A stretch of DNA of 64,000 bases from Candidatus Omnitrophota bacterium (GTDB lineage: Bacteria > Omnitrophota > Gorgyraeia > Zapsychrales > Zapsychraceae): contig JBFWOS010000001.1 in assembly GCA_050250375.1 (NCBI GenBank), forward strand, positions 91,346 through 155,345, written 5' to 3'. The notes beneath the pieces were generated by a model. That model was not told where the DNA came from and did no database searches. It saw nothing but the letters and a program-made list of their open reading frames with translations. The first letter of the stretch is position 1; each line of letters begins with the position of its first letter. A program made the position numbers and the translations under genes. Positions 1-10,526 of this stretch are shown one piece after another.

Positions 1-790
1 TCGGTTTGAGGTTAAGACCGCCGGTGTCAAAGGTCATGCCCTTGCCGATCACGGCCGTGTAATCTTTTTTCTTGGACGCCCCGTTGTACTGGACAATGAT
101 CAGTTTCGGTTCCTGCCGGCTGCCCTGGTTAACGGCCAGGTGCAGGTTCAACCCCTTGGCTTTAAGTTCCTTTTTATTGAGGACCTCAAGCGAAATGTGT
201 TTATGCCCCTTGGTCAGTTTGCGGACCACCTTCTCCAGATAATCCGATGTCACCAGGTCCGCGTTGTCATTGATCAGGTCTCTTGTAAAGTTGGTCCCTT
301 CGCACACGGCCACCATGTGGTCGTACGATTTTTTCTTCGCCGCGATGAGCGTGTAGCTTTTTTCCGCCACCGGGACTTCATGGGTGAATTTGGTGATGTA
401 TTTCTGCCAGACGTAGGTCCCGATCAGGACGGCCTCGATCAGGGCGTGGATGCTTTCGTCCTTGATGTCGCTGGGGATAATCTCGATCTTCTTTTTTTTC
501 TGCAGGTATTTGGACTGCAGGGCGGTCTTGATGCAGATCCGAAACGCGGTCGAAGACAGTTCACTGCGCTGGCCGATCCCGACCAGCAGAACCAGGGTCG
601 AGCGGTAAACGACCGGGAAGATGTCGCATTTATCCCCGTTGAATTGTTCCGCATCAAAAATACTGACAATTTGTTCTTTTAAATCTGAAGGAATCGACGC
701 TGAGAATTTTTTCTGTTTGATGTGACTTTTTTCAAAAATCAGGACGGTCGCGTCCTGGTCGAACTGAGCGGTGGATTGAAACTGAATCAC
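1..790 (-). CDS. pepA: Leucyl aminopeptidase (M17), 5' part; runs off window start
   Basis: Manual translation (not in ORF track): GTG at 790 after AAAGGGG, open to window edge, ending in TAVIGKGMTFDTGGLNLKP (M17 metal-binding motif). Confidence 0.9.
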   Translation of the reverse strand, partial: MIQFQSTAQFDQDATVLIFEKSHIKQKKFSASIPSDLKEQIVSIFDAEQFNGDKCDIFPVVYRSTLVLLVGIGQRSELSSTAFRICIKTALQSKYLQKKKKIEIIPSDIKDESIHALIEAVLIGTYVWQKYITKFTHEVPVAEKSYTLIAAKKKSYDHMVAVCEGTNFTRDLINDNADLVTSDYLEKVVRKLTKGHKHISLEVLNKKELKAKGLNLHLAVNQGSRQEPKLIIVQYNGASKKKDYTAVIGKGMTFDTGGLNLKP

Positions 791-847
791 AAAATACCCC
801 TTTCTGGAGAGGAGATCGTTTAATAAAAATTGATTGAGTTTGAAAGA

Positions 848-2149
848 TCAGCGTTGATTCATGGGTACATAATCCCGGACGGTCTGTCCGGTGTAAATCT
901 GCCGCGGGCGTCCGATCTTGGACTTCGGGTCTTCTTTCATTTCCTTCCAATGGGCGATCCATCCCGGCATGCGCCCGATCGCGAACAGGACCGGGAACAT
1001 CTCGGTCGGGATCCCGATGGCCTTGTAAATCAGCCCGCTGTAAAAATCGACATTCGGATAAAGTTTTCGTTCGGCAAAATAATCATCTTTCAGGACCGCC
1101 GCTTCAAGCTTGACGGCCAGATCGAGCAACGGGTCATGGATGCCCATCGCGTCGAACAGTTTCTGGCAGCGCTGTTTGATGATTTTCGCCCGGGGATCAA
1201 AATTCTTGTACACCCGGTGGCCGAATCCCATCAAACGGTAATTGTCTTCCGGGTCTTTGGCTTTATTGATATATTTCTGGATATCTCCGCCCCCGGCCTG
1301 GATTTCTTCGAGCATCTCAACGACTTTCTGGTTGGCGCCCCCGTGCAGCGGTCCCCACAAGGCGCAGACGCCGCCGGAAACCGACGCGAACAGGTTCGCC
1401 CACGAACTGCCGATCAGCCGCACGGTTGAGGTGCTGCAATTCTGCTCATGGTCCGCGTGCAGGATTAAAAGGGCCATTAAGGCTGAGACCGTTTCCGGTT
1501 TGATATCATAATCTTTATTTTTGGTGGAAAACATCATGTGGAGAAAATTGGGGATATACTTCAGGTCGTCGCGCGGCGGGACAAAATCTTCGTCCACCGA
1601 CTTCTTGTAGGTGTACGCCGAGATCGTCCGGACCTTGGATAAAAGCTGGGCCGCCATGATCTCGATCTCTTCGCTGTTCGGTTCCGGTGTCAGCAGTTCG
1701 GGATAATACCCGGACAGGGAACAGACCATCGCGGACAAAAGCCCCATCGGATGCCCGTCTTTGGGATAACCTTTGAAAAAATTCAGCATATGAGGATGCA
1801 GCGGGGCGTGCTGGGTGAATGAACCGGAAAAGCGGTTCAGTTCTTTTTCATTCGGCAGTTTTCCGTTAATCAGCAGATACGCCGTTTCCACAAACGTCGC
1901 CTGCTCCGCAATCTGATCAATCGGTATGCCGCGGTAACGCAGGATCCCCTTCTCTCCGTCCAGATATGTGATCGCACTCTTGCACGCGCCCGTGTTTCCG
2001 AAACCGTTGTCCAGCGTGATATACGATGTGGCCGATCTTAACGTGGAGATATCGATTGCCTTTTCATTTTCCGTGCCGACGATCACCGGGAATTCATACG
2101 TTTGGCCGCCCAGAACTAATTGTGCCTTTTCCTCCATTGATTCCTCCAT
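848..2149 (-). CDS. gltA: Citrate synthase
   Basis: HADHEQNCST, GPLHGGAN, GFGHRVY, YPNVDFYSG motifs. Confidence 0.97.
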   Translation of the reverse strand: MEESMEEKAQLVLGGQTYEFPVIVGTENEKAIDISTLRSATSYITLDNGFGNTGACKSAITYLDGEKGILRYRGIPIDQIAEQATFVETAYLLINGKLPNEKELNRFSGSFTQHAPLHPHMLNFFKGYPKDGHPMGLLSAMVCSLSGYYPELLTPEPNSEEIEIMAAQLLSKVRTISAYTYKKSVDEDFVPPRDDLKYIPNFLHMMFSTKNKDYDIKPETVSALMALLILHADHEQNCSTSTVRLIGSSWANLFASVSGGVCALWGPLHGGANQKVVEMLEEIQAGGGDIQKYINKAKDPEDNYRLMGFGHRVYKNFDPRAKIIKQRCQKLFDAMGIHDPLLDLAVKLEAAVLKDDYFAERKLYPNVDFYSGLIYKAIGIPTEMFPVLFAIGRMPGWIAHWKEMKEDPKSKIGRPRQIYTGQTVRDYVPMNQR

Positions 2150-2194
2150 CTAAATTTTTATGAAATATTTTGGGATGAGAATTAAAGTTGCCCT

Positions 2195-2223
2195 ATTATA
2201 TTATGGAACTATTTTGATTTCAA
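2195..2223 (-). promoter_or_regulatory. sigma70-type promoter of gltA
   Basis: TTGAAA-17 bp-TATAAT on minus strand, about 45 bp upstream of start. Confidence 0.7.
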
Positions 2224-2244
2224 GCATTCCGTTCAGGCCGGTGG

Positions 2245-4686
2245 TCAGCGCGCCGGTTTGAAGTCTTCCAGGTACAGCTGGCTGTCCGCCTGTTTGATCG
2301 TCGGATGGTTCTTCAGTTCGATCAGCATGCTTTCCGTCCGGCTCCACGTCTCGACCAGCTGCTGTTCCAGCTCGGTGATACGGCCTTTTAAGGCCGTGAT
2401 TTCCGTCATCAGCGGTGTCTTCATCTGCGTCAGTTCTTTTTCAGTGTACATTTTTTCTTTATTGCGGTTGGCGTAATCGATTTCACCCAACTGTTGGATC
2501 TTGATATTCATCTGGTCCGTTAATAAAACGATATCGTTCTTTAAACGGTCACGGTCTTTGATGACATCCTCCACCTCAACGTCTTTTTGGGCGATCATCT
2601 GGCGCGCCTTGGACAACGCCGTCTTTAACGAATCCGTTTGTTCCTTGAGTTTCGCGTATTCGGCCTTGTCAATTCCCGCCGCGGAATGCTGTTTGAGTTT
2701 GGCGATCTCCTGATTTAATATTTCGGAATCTTTCAGGGTTTGTTTCAGTTTCATCCGCAGGGCGTGGTTTTCATCACTCAGGCCGGCGATCTCAATGGTC
2801 TTGGCATCGGCGTCTTTTTTAAAACCCTGGATCAGGTTCCTGGCCTCTTTTAATTCCCCGGCCATGGCCTTGGCCTCGGCGGCCTCCTGCAGCTGGGTGG
2901 TAACCTCTGCCATCTTCTTCTGAAAGGCCGCATTTTCCTGAAGCAGGATCTCCAGCCGTTCGTTCAGTTCAGTGTTTTTGTTTTTAAGGTCTGTGTGTTC
3001 GCTGATCGAAAAAGAATTATTGTTCTTGAACTGGTTGAGTTCTTCAAGGCTGAGGGACAGCTGGGTATTTTTTTCGGCGATGATCTGCAGCTGCTCCTCG
3101 AGTCCCGATTTTTCTTCGGCGAGCTTCAATAACTGCGCCTGTTTGTATTCATTATCGATCTTCAGCGCCGACAATTCGTTGCTGATGCGGTCAAAGTCGG
3201 CCTTGCTCTCGATCTTCGCGTTGAAGCGTTCTTCCGATAATTTCCGGTCAAAGTCAGATACCTGTTTTTCCAGCAGGCCGATCTTTTCCTGCAGGGGCGT
3301 TTTGGCTTCTTCCATCTGTTTAGCCAGCTGGTCCTGCCGGGTGTCGAGGCCCTTGCGTAATTCCGCCAGTTCTCCGTCCTGCTGGTCCACCAGTCTTTTG
3401 TAAACCGCATTTTTTTCGGTCTCGTCTGTTAACCTGGTCCTGATCTGGACGGCCTCATCCTCTTTGAGTTTAAACGCGAGGTCTTTTTCATTGAGTTGTT
3501 TTTCAAGCCCCGTGATTTTTTCAAGGAACGGTTTGGCGGCATTTTTATTTTCCGCGCTGAGGGCGGCGATCATTTCTTCTTTGGCCTGCAGTTCTTTTTT
3601 AACGGTATTTAATTCTTCCGTGCGTTTCTCGACATCGGCCTGGCTGGAGGCCAGACTTTGTTCCTTTTCTTTTAACTGTGCGCCCAGCAAATCCGTTTCC
3701 TTTTTATGACCGGCCTTGAGCTGTTTGATCTCTTCATCATGCCCGTCTAACTTTTTCTGGGTCTCGGCTGATTTTTTGTCTCTGGCCGCGAGTGTCTTGT
3801 TCAGGTCCTCAATCGTTTGAGCGGAAGCGGATTCCGCTGACCTGATCCGGCCGTTTAACTGATCAATATCTTTTTCCTTTTGCGAAACCAGGTCTTCTTT
3901 TTCTTTCAGTTTCCGGGTGAGCGTTTTGATCTCTTCTTCATATTTCTTCTTCAGATTGTTGCTTTCGGATTCCGCTTTTTCCTCGTTGGTCAGGGCCTGC
4001 TGACGGACGGTTTTAATATTATCTTCTAGTTCCGTAATTTTTTCGTTCAAGGGTTTTTGGGCCTTGAGAATGGCCTGGTCCTGCCGGGTCTTGACTTCTT
4101 TATATTTGCCTTCCAGTTCTTCCAATGTCTTGTTTTTTTCTTTCAATTCATTGGTCAGGAGGCTGATTCGTTCATCCCCGCTTGTCTTTTCCGCGACGAT
4201 CTTGGCCACGAGTTCATTGGCCTTGTTGAGCTGCTCGGTTTTTTCCCTGATCAGCCGTTCATAGTCCGCGATCTGGTTTTGATGGGCTGAATCCCGGGAG
4301 GACATCAGGGACTCTTTTTCCTTTTGCAACGATTCAAGCTGCTTTTTAAGCTGTTTGACGGTTTGCTGCAGTTCGGTCATCCGGATTGAATAGCCGTCCT
4401 GGATTGAATTTTTCTGGGCCTTGAGTTCCTGTCTCAGCTGACGGTTGGTTTCAAGGAGCTGACTTTTATTCGACTGACCGGAAAGTTGCGTTTCCAGGTC
4501 AAAAATGGTCCGGCGCAGATTCCGGATGAGAAGGTCTTTTTCCCGAAGCTCTTCTTCCAGCAAATCGTCTGCAGGTTGTTCGGCAAATACCGCGGGTTGA
4601 AAAATTAAATGGCCCATAACCATAATCAATAATGTCATGGCCGAAACAACAGCATGTCTGGGTTTAAAAATGACTGGTCTTTTCAT
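2245..4686 (-). CDS. Secreted long coiled-coil protein
   Basis: Likely start MKRPVIF (4686) with signal peptide ending AVFA; remainder K/E/L/Q heptad-rich. The ORF-track start at 4812 overlaps the upstream gene. Confidence 0.8.
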   Translation of the reverse strand: MKRPVIFKPRHAVVSAMTLLIMVMGHLIFQPAVFAEQPADDLLEEELREKDLLIRNLRRTIFDLETQLSGQSNKSQLLETNRQLRQELKAQKNSIQDGYSIRMTELQQTVKQLKKQLESLQKEKESLMSSRDSAHQNQIADYERLIREKTEQLNKANELVAKIVAEKTSGDERISLLTNELKEKNKTLEELEGKYKEVKTRQDQAILKAQKPLNEKITELEDNIKTVRQQALTNEEKAESESNNLKKKYEEEIKTLTRKLKEKEDLVSQKEKDIDQLNGRIRSAESASAQTIEDLNKTLAARDKKSAETQKKLDGHDEEIKQLKAGHKKETDLLGAQLKEKEQSLASSQADVEKRTEELNTVKKELQAKEEMIAALSAENKNAAKPFLEKITGLEKQLNEKDLAFKLKEDEAVQIRTRLTDETEKNAVYKRLVDQQDGELAELRKGLDTRQDQLAKQMEEAKTPLQEKIGLLEKQVSDFDRKLSEERFNAKIESKADFDRISNELSALKIDNEYKQAQLLKLAEEKSGLEEQLQIIAEKNTQLSLSLEELNQFKNNNSFSISEHTDLKNKNTELNERLEILLQENAAFQKKMAEVTTQLQEAAEAKAMAGELKEARNLIQGFKKDADAKTIEIAGLSDENHALRMKLKQTLKDSEILNQEIAKLKQHSAAGIDKAEYAKLKEQTDSLKTALSKARQMIAQKDVEVEDVIKDRDRLKNDIVLLTDQMNIKIQQLGEIDYANRNKEKMYTEKELTQMKTPLMTEITALKGRITELEQQLVETWSRTESMLIELKNHPTIKQADSQLYLEDFKPAR

Positions 4687-5749
4687 CGTGAGGGTCAACA
4701 TATTGTTCCTGGATCTTCTGGATATCGGGTAAAATCCGGACGAACGAGTCAACCAGGTCCGGGTCAAAATGTTTGCCTTTTCCGTCTTTAATCTCTTCCA
4801 TCGTCTGATCAAGTTTCCAGGCCCCTTTGTAGGGCCGTGCGGTCATCAAGGCATCGAACACGTCGCATAATCCGCAGATCCGTCCGACCAGCGGGATTGA
4901 GGTTTCTTTGATTCCTTTGGGATATCCGCTTCCGTCCCACTTTTCGTGATGGGTCAGCGCGATCAGACGGGCCATTTTCATAAATTCGGAATTGCTTCCG
5001 GATAATAATTCCGCGCCGATGGTCGTGTGTGTCTTCATGACCTCCCATTCCTCATCGGTGAGCCGTCCCGGTTTCTGCAGGATCCGGTCGGGAATGCCGA
5101 TCTTGCCGATATCGTGCAGGGGCGCGGCGGTCAGCAGGCTGTCGCATTCCGCCGGGGACAAGCCGGATTCCTGCGCGAGGCGGGCGGAATAATGGCTCAT
5201 ACGCACAATGTGCAGCCCTGTTTCGGAATCCCGGTATTCAATCGCCCTGGCCAGACGGGTGATCACGTCCAGCTGGGTATTGGATAATTGACGGGTCCGT
5301 TCCTTGACCTTGTCTTCAAGCAGCCGGTTCTGGTCTTTGGCCTGCTTGTGCAGCATCTGGGCCTCGATCAGATTTCGGAACCGGATCAGCACTTCAATCC
5401 GGTCGTACGGTTTATTCAAAAAATCTTTCGCCCCGGACTCAAGCGCCTTGAACCGGGCCTGATGGTCGGAGTCGTGGGAAAGGACAATGATCGGCAGAAA
5501 TGTGTCCGCGTGCATTTGCCTGAGCTGCTCCATCACCTCAAACCCCGTCACGCTGGGCATCCACAGGTCCAGGACCAGCAGGTCCGGCTGGATCGATTCA
5601 AACAGGCTGACGGCCTGGGTTGAATCCGTTGAGGAATGCACATTTTTATAACCGGCCTTCTCGAAGATTTCTTCCAGCAGGCGGATGCTGATCTCATCAT
5701 CATCGATGATGAGGATCTGGGCGCCACGGATTATGTCATCTGTAATCAT
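4664..5749 (-). CDS. Response regulator with HD-GYP c-di-GMP phosphodiesterase domain (RpfG-like)
   Basis: REC (IIDDD, VLDLWMP, NKP) plus HDIGKIG and HHEKWDGSGYP. Confidence 0.95.
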   Translation of the reverse strand: MITDDIIRGAQILIIDDDEISIRLLEEIFEKAGYKNVHSSTDSTQAVSLFESIQPDLLVLDLWMPSVTGFEVMEQLRQMHADTFLPIIVLSHDSDHQARFKALESGAKDFLNKPYDRIEVLIRFRNLIEAQMLHKQAKDQNRLLEDKVKERTRQLSNTQLDVITRLARAIEYRDSETGLHIVRMSHYSARLAQESGLSPAECDSLLTAAPLHDIGKIGIPDRILQKPGRLTDEEWEVMKTHTTIGAELLSGSNSEFMKMARLIALTHHEKWDGSGYPKGIKETSIPLVGRICGLCDVFDALMTARPYKGAWKLDQTMEEIKDGKGKHFDPDLVDSFVRILPDIQKIQEQYVDPHDEKTSHF

Positions 5750-5752
5750 AAA

Positions 5753-6505
5753 TCATATCTCAAACGATTCATATCGATGAAACACTTCATGATCTGTCGA
5801 GTCACAATGGATCGGTGTAATGGTGACATACTTGTTATTCAACGCGTATGTGTCGATCGAATTATTTTTATGTTTGATCGCGGTTTTCCCGGTCAGCCAG
5901 TAATACTCTTTCAAGTTCGGATCCTTGCATTTCTTGAACGTGCCGTGGATCGGTTCCAGGCATTGTTTGGTAAACTTGATGCCCTTGATTTGTGAAGACG
6001 GAAGATTCGGAACATTCAGGTTCAAAAATGTGCCGCTGGGCAGAGGGTTTTTCCTCATAAATTTAACCAGCTTTCCGGCGCACTGGGCGGCGTATGAAAA
6101 ATCCGGTTCGTTAAAAGTATCGAGCGATACGGCAATCGACGGGATCCCCATCAGGGCGCCCTCCCTGGCCCCGGCCACAGTCCCCGAATAAAAAACACTG
6201 CAGCCTTCATTGGACCCGAGGTTGATCCCGGACACCAGAAAATCAGGTTTCTTTTTATAAAGGACATCCACCGCGAACTTGACACAATCGGCCGGTGTCC
6301 CGCTGACCCCGTAACCGAAGAAATTCTTTCTGCGGTCCACGAGTTTCTGCCGGATCGGATGCGCCAGGGTAATCCCGTGCCCGACGGATGAACGTTCCGA
6401 GTCGGGAGCGACCACCTTGACCTTCCCTAATTTTTTGAGTTCCAGATAAACGGCGTAAATTCCCGGGGCGTAAATGCCGTCATCGTTCGTTAGTAATATG
6501 TCCAT
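5753..6505 (-). CDS. surE: 5'/3'-nucleotidase SurE
   Basis: ILLTNDDG, SGTPADCV, SGINLGSN, YSGTV motifs. Confidence 0.96.
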   Translation of the reverse strand: MDILLTNDDGIYAPGIYAVYLELKKLGKVKVVAPDSERSSVGHGITLAHPIRQKLVDRRKNFFGYGVSGTPADCVKFAVDVLYKKKPDFLVSGINLGSNEGCSVFYSGTVAGAREGALMGIPSIAVSLDTFNEPDFSYAAQCAGKLVKFMRKNPLPSGTFLNLNVPNLPSSQIKGIKFTKQCLEPIHGTFKKCKDPNLKEYYWLTGKTAIKHKNNSIDTYALNNKYVTITPIHCDSTDHEVFHRYESFEI

Positions 6506-6712
6506 TATGTGAGGTTGTCCGGTCAGACAACGGATAAATCTTTTTTAATAATGTAACTACACTATCATAAATTATTCTTTAGAGCAAATTTTTGTAACAC
6601 TTGGGTATTCATATTTTTACATTCGAATGGTTAAACAATAAAGTATTTACGGATAGAACGCAGGGTGTGATCTGAAAAATCTGGGAATGGCGCGTGCCGC
6701 AGGGTTTGCACG

Positions 6713-6901
6713 TTACTGATCGGTTTGATCGATGACCGGACAGAGGTTATGAAATTCTTTGTCCAGCCGATGCAGAGGCACCAGGTGTATTTGTTTACAC
6801 CGGTTGCATTTGAATTCAAGGCCGCGGTGGGTCAGCTTAAACAAAAGTTTACCGCAGTCACAACGTTCTTCCTGGTTTTGGTCGGGCTCGATATACGTCA
6901 T
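6713..6901 (-). CDS. Small zinc-ribbon protein, Mu Com-like
   Basis: RCDCGKLL...FKCNRCK pattern; has its own promoter. Confidence 0.75.
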   Translation of the reverse strand: MTYIEPDQNQEERCDCGKLLFKLTHRGLEFKCNRCKQIHLVPLHRLDKEFHNLCPVIDQTDQ

Positions 6902-6926
6902 AATTTAGCTTATTTTAATATTCAAA

Positions 6927-6955
6927 ATCGTAACATTTACAAAATATCGTGTCAA
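6927..6955 (-). promoter_or_regulatory. sigma70-type promoter of the zinc-ribbon gene
   Basis: TTGACA-17 bp-TACGAT with extended -10 TG. Confidence 0.7.
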
Positions 6956-6989
6956 TATTTATTTAAACTAAGCTTTATACTGACGTATT

Positions 6990-8792
6990 TTAGATGGAGA
7001 ATTCCGGATCCGGCAGGATTTTCTTGAGCAGGTAATCCGTGATCTTGTCCGCGGATTCATCCGTGGCGGACGCCTCATCCAGGACCAGATCCACCTGCCC
7101 GGCGTCAAACGGGTTTTCCCCGACATTGACCACCACCGTCCGGTTCGGCTGGTTTAACGAGCGCAGCATGTCCAGTTCATACCGGTCGACGTCCGAAACC
7201 CGCGCGATAAAGATCAGCCCGGCATCCGTCATCACGTGCGCCATCTCCCCCAGCTGCTGGATGATCTGGACACGGTTTAAGACCTTATCATTTGAATTGA
7301 TCTGGGTGGATAACAATTCATTGGATATTCCCAGAAAATAAGTCAGCTTGCCCAGGTCGAACAGCTTTTTTTCCAGGGCCTTGGCGATTTCCAGTTTTCC
7401 TTTATAGGCCGCGCCCGTGATAATAACAAACGCTGAATTGTGTTTAAACTCGTGCGCCCGCTTGGACGGAGTGATGTCGCTGCGTTCCCAATTGTGTTCC
7501 CGGGCCTTGATGTGCGCTTTTAACGTGCTGGAATCTTCGAAGACGGGAGCAAGGATAATCCCGCCGCCGGAGATTTCATAATTGTCAACGATCACAAAAC
7601 GCCCGGTCTCCGAAATATACGTGACCTCATCAAACGCGACCGGTTTCAAAGTTTCTAAAATGCATTCAGCCACGTCATGCCGGTCGATTTGCGGCTTGTT
7701 GGATATGGACGAAAGTTCCGACGCGTCCAGGACACTGATGATCTCCGACAAGACCACCGGCACCTGCTGTGACGATAATTTCAGTTTATAATTTTTTCCT
7801 TTTACAAAAGGCTGTTTCCCCATCCAGAACAGATTGGCCTTGAATTTTGTACTGACATGCGGTTTTTTTTGTTTGACCAGGCTTAAGATTTCTCCCGGCT
7901 TGATATAAATCTGGGTCTCGAGAGTCAATCCCGTGCTTTGACCGGAAAAGGCCGACTGCAGTTTCGGAAGATTGAATCCCTCGATGCTCTTTACGGTAGA
8001 CATTTTTTTCGACGGCAAGAAAACAACTTCATCCCCGACCGCAATCGTTCCCGCTTCAATCCGGCCGGAAAAAATCCGGCGGTCATCGCCTTCCTCCGTA
8101 AATTTATAAATATCCTGGATCGGAAAACGAACATCCATTTCATCTTTCGGCGGCGCCTTCTTAAAATCATCAAAGGCTTCAAGTGCAGACAATCCCTTGT
8201 ACCAAGGCATTTTGTCCGACAGGGTCACAATATTGTCGCCTTCGCGCGCACTGATCGGGATAAAATGCTGGGGTTTTAAATTGATCTCCGCCAGGAATGC
8301 GGAATACTCCCGGTGGATGGACTCAAATACCTGTTCGCTGTATTTCACCAGATCCATCTTATTGACACAGACCGTTACGTTTTTTATTCCCAGGAATGAC
8401 ATCATGTAACCGTGCCGTTTGGAATTCTCTTTGATCCCTTCATTCGCGTCAATGACGAGCATAGCGGCCTCGGCCCGGGCCGCGCCCGTGACCATATTCT
8501 TTAAGAATTCAATGTGTCCGGGGGCATCGATGATAATATAATCCCGCTTTTCGGATTTAAAAAAACTGCGGGCGGTATCAATGGTGATCCCCTGGGATTG
8601 TTCATCTTTCAGGGCGTCCAGCAAAAACGCGTATTCAAACGGTTTTGAGTTGCGTTTGCACATGGCCTTAACCTGGTCCAGCTTGCCTTCCGGCAATGAC
8701 CCCGTATCCGCTAAAAGACGGCCGATCAATGTGCTCTTGCCGTGGTCGACATGTCCGACAATAACAACGTTCATCTGTTTCTTTTCAATCAT
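6990..8792 (-). CDS. cysN: Sulfate adenylyltransferase GTPase subunit with degenerate C-terminal APS-kinase-like domain
   Basis: [18 protein letters not shown] motifs; directly downstream of cysD. Confidence 0.92.
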   Translation of the reverse strand: MIEKKQMNVVIVGHVDHGKSTLIGRLLADTGSLPEGKLDQVKAMCKRNSKPFEYAFLLDALKDEQSQGITIDTARSFFKSEKRDYIIIDAPGHIEFLKNMVTGAARAEAAMLVIDANEGIKENSKRHGYMMSFLGIKNVTVCVNKMDLVKYSEQVFESIHREYSAFLAEINLKPQHFIPISAREGDNIVTLSDKMPWYKGLSALEAFDDFKKAPPKDEMDVRFPIQDIYKFTEEGDDRRIFSGRIEAGTIAVGDEVVFLPSKKMSTVKSIEGFNLPKLQSAFSGQSTGLTLETQIYIKPGEILSLVKQKKPHVSTKFKANLFWMGKQPFVKGKNYKLKLSSQQVPVVLSEIISVLDASELSSISNKPQIDRHDVAECILETLKPVAFDEVTYISETGRFVIVDNYEISGGGIILAPVFEDSSTLKAHIKAREHNWERSDITPSKRAHEFKHNSAFVIITGAAYKGKLEIAKALEKKLFDLGKLTYFLGISNELLSTQINSNDKVLNRVQIIQQLGEMAHVMTDAGLIFIARVSDVDRYELDMLRSLNQPNRTVVVNVGENPFDAGQVDLVLDEASATDESADKITDYLLKKILPDPEFSI

Positions 8793-8853
8793 GGATCTCA
8801 GTCCTTTATCAATTCAAAATTATCTAAAATTAATTTTGTCTTCAAACGAAAAC

Positions 8854-9747
8854 TTACATGTACCCGCTTACCCGTAACGTCTCAAGACCGCCGCCGTCTT
8901 CTTTGTCCTGGGCGCGCCCGGAACGTTCCGCAATATTCTTAAATTTTCCCGAACGTAATTCTTCGATGATGTCTTTGACATTCTTCGCGGTGGATTCCAC
9001 CGGTGTCGTGCAGGGAAAACAGCCTAACGAACGGTAACGTTTGCCTTCACCGCGGTCAAAATACAATCCGGTGATGGGGATATTCTCACGGTCGATGTAT
9101 TCCCAGATATTCAGTTCCGTCCAGTCCAGCAGAGGATGAATCCTCAAATGGGTGCCCGGCGCGAAATCGGTTTTAAACTGGTTCCATAATTCCGGAGGCT
9201 GGTCGCCGACATCCCAGTCGTTATTCCGGTCGCGCGGTGAGAAATAACGTTCCTTGGAACGGCTGCCTTCTTCGTCGGCCCTGACCCCCACGATGACTCC
9301 GGTGTACGGTTCAGTATTGTTGTCCACTTCGTATTCACCCTTTTCATGGTTCATCCGGTAACGGGTCCAATCCCCGGCCAGGGTATGTTTGAGCGCCTCG
9401 GTCTTTAACGCCTTGCAGCAGGAAATACGGTCAATGGCTCCGTCGGGAAATGTTTTTTTCGCGGCCAGGGCCTCTTTGTTCTGGCCGTAAACCATATTTA
9501 ATTTCCATTCCCGGGCCAGGCGGTCGCGGTATTCAATCATCTCGGGAATCTTGTAACTGGTATCAATATGCACCAGCGGAAACGGGACATGCCCGAAAAA
9601 CGCCTTTCTCGCGAGCCACAACAACACCGTGCTGTCCTTTCCAATGGACCAGAGCATGGCCAGGTTTTTAAATTCACGATAGGCTTCCCGCAGAATAAAG
9701 ACGCTTTGCGCCTCAATTTCATCCAATTTTGTCATTGTTTTAGACAT
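8854..9747 (-). CDS. cysD: Sulfate adenylyltransferase subunit 2
   Basis: WSIGKDS PP-loop, [19 protein letters not shown]-terminal GYM. Confidence 0.95.
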   Translation of the reverse strand: MSKTMTKLDEIEAQSVFILREAYREFKNLAMLWSIGKDSTVLLWLARKAFFGHVPFPLVHIDTSYKIPEMIEYRDRLAREWKLNMVYGQNKEALAAKKTFPDGAIDRISCCKALKTEALKHTLAGDWTRYRMNHEKGEYEVDNNTEPYTGVIVGVRADEEGSRSKERYFSPRDRNNDWDVGDQPPELWNQFKTDFAPGTHLRIHPLLDWTELNIWEYIDRENIPITGLYFDRGEGKRYRSLGCFPCTTPVESTAKNVKDIIEELRSGKFKNIAERSGRAQDKEDGGGLETLRVSGYM

Positions 9748-9764
9748 ACTGTAACCTCATCATT

Positions 9765-10514
9765 TTATTTCTTCGGGCGGTTCGGGTTATTATGCAGACC
9801 GCATTCTTTTTGTTCAGGGGCTTCCCACCACCACCGTCCCGCGCGGACATCTTCCCCGGGTTTGATCGCCCGGGTGCAGGGTGAACAGCCGATGCTGACA
9901 AATCCCTGCGCGTGCAAGGGATTAACATCGACCTGATTTTCTTTAATGTATATTTTCATCTGCTCGAACGACCAGTCGGCCAGCGGATTGATTTTAACTT
10001 TCGCATTGGCGGCGTCCCATTCAAATGTTTTCAATTCAGTCCGTGTCACGGACTGCGCCTTCCTTAATCCGGTAATCCAGGCGTCTGTTTCTTTCAGGGC
10101 GCGCTGCAGCGGCTCAACTTTCCTGATCCCGCAGCAGGTTTTACGATTGTCCACACTCTCATAAAACAAATTGATCCCCTTATTCATGACCATCGCCTGC
10201 ACGGATTGTGTATCCGGATAAAAAATCTCAAGCTGGAGCGGATACTTCTTCTGGTTCTTGGCCAATAAATCATATGTTTCCGGGAAAAGCCGTCCCGTAT
10301 CGAGAGTAAAAATTTTAATTTCAGGCTGGACCTTGGCGATCATATCGGTCAGCACCTGGTCTTCTTCACCGAGGCTGGTGGCAAATTTCAGTCGCGGACC
10401 GAAACGGCTGTACGCGTACTGAAGGATTTCCTGTGCTGTAAACCCTTTTGTATCTTTCAAATATTGTTCGATTTTGTCTTTCATAAAGTTTCTCTCGGCA
10501 ACGGCCGCTTCCAT
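9765..10514 (-). CDS. cysH: APS reductase-type CysH ([4Fe-4S])
   Basis: LDTG, CCGIRKVEPL, SIGCSPCT, ECGLH motifs. Confidence 0.93.
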   Translation of the reverse strand: MEAAVAERNFMKDKIEQYLKDTKGFTAQEILQYAYSRFGPRLKFATSLGEEDQVLTDMIAKVQPEIKIFTLDTGRLFPETYDLLAKNQKKYPLQLEIFYPDTQSVQAMVMNKGINLFYESVDNRKTCCGIRKVEPLQRALKETDAWITGLRKAQSVTRTELKTFEWDAANAKVKINPLADWSFEQMKIYIKENQVDVNPLHAQGFVSIGCSPCTRAIKPGEDVRAGRWWWEAPEQKECGLHNNPNRPKK

Positions 10515-10526
10515 TGATCCTGAAAT

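Noticed and set aside
4687-4812. Extended N-terminus of the coiled-coil ORF
   Set aside because: It overlaps the HD-GYP gene; the signal peptide fits a start at 4686.
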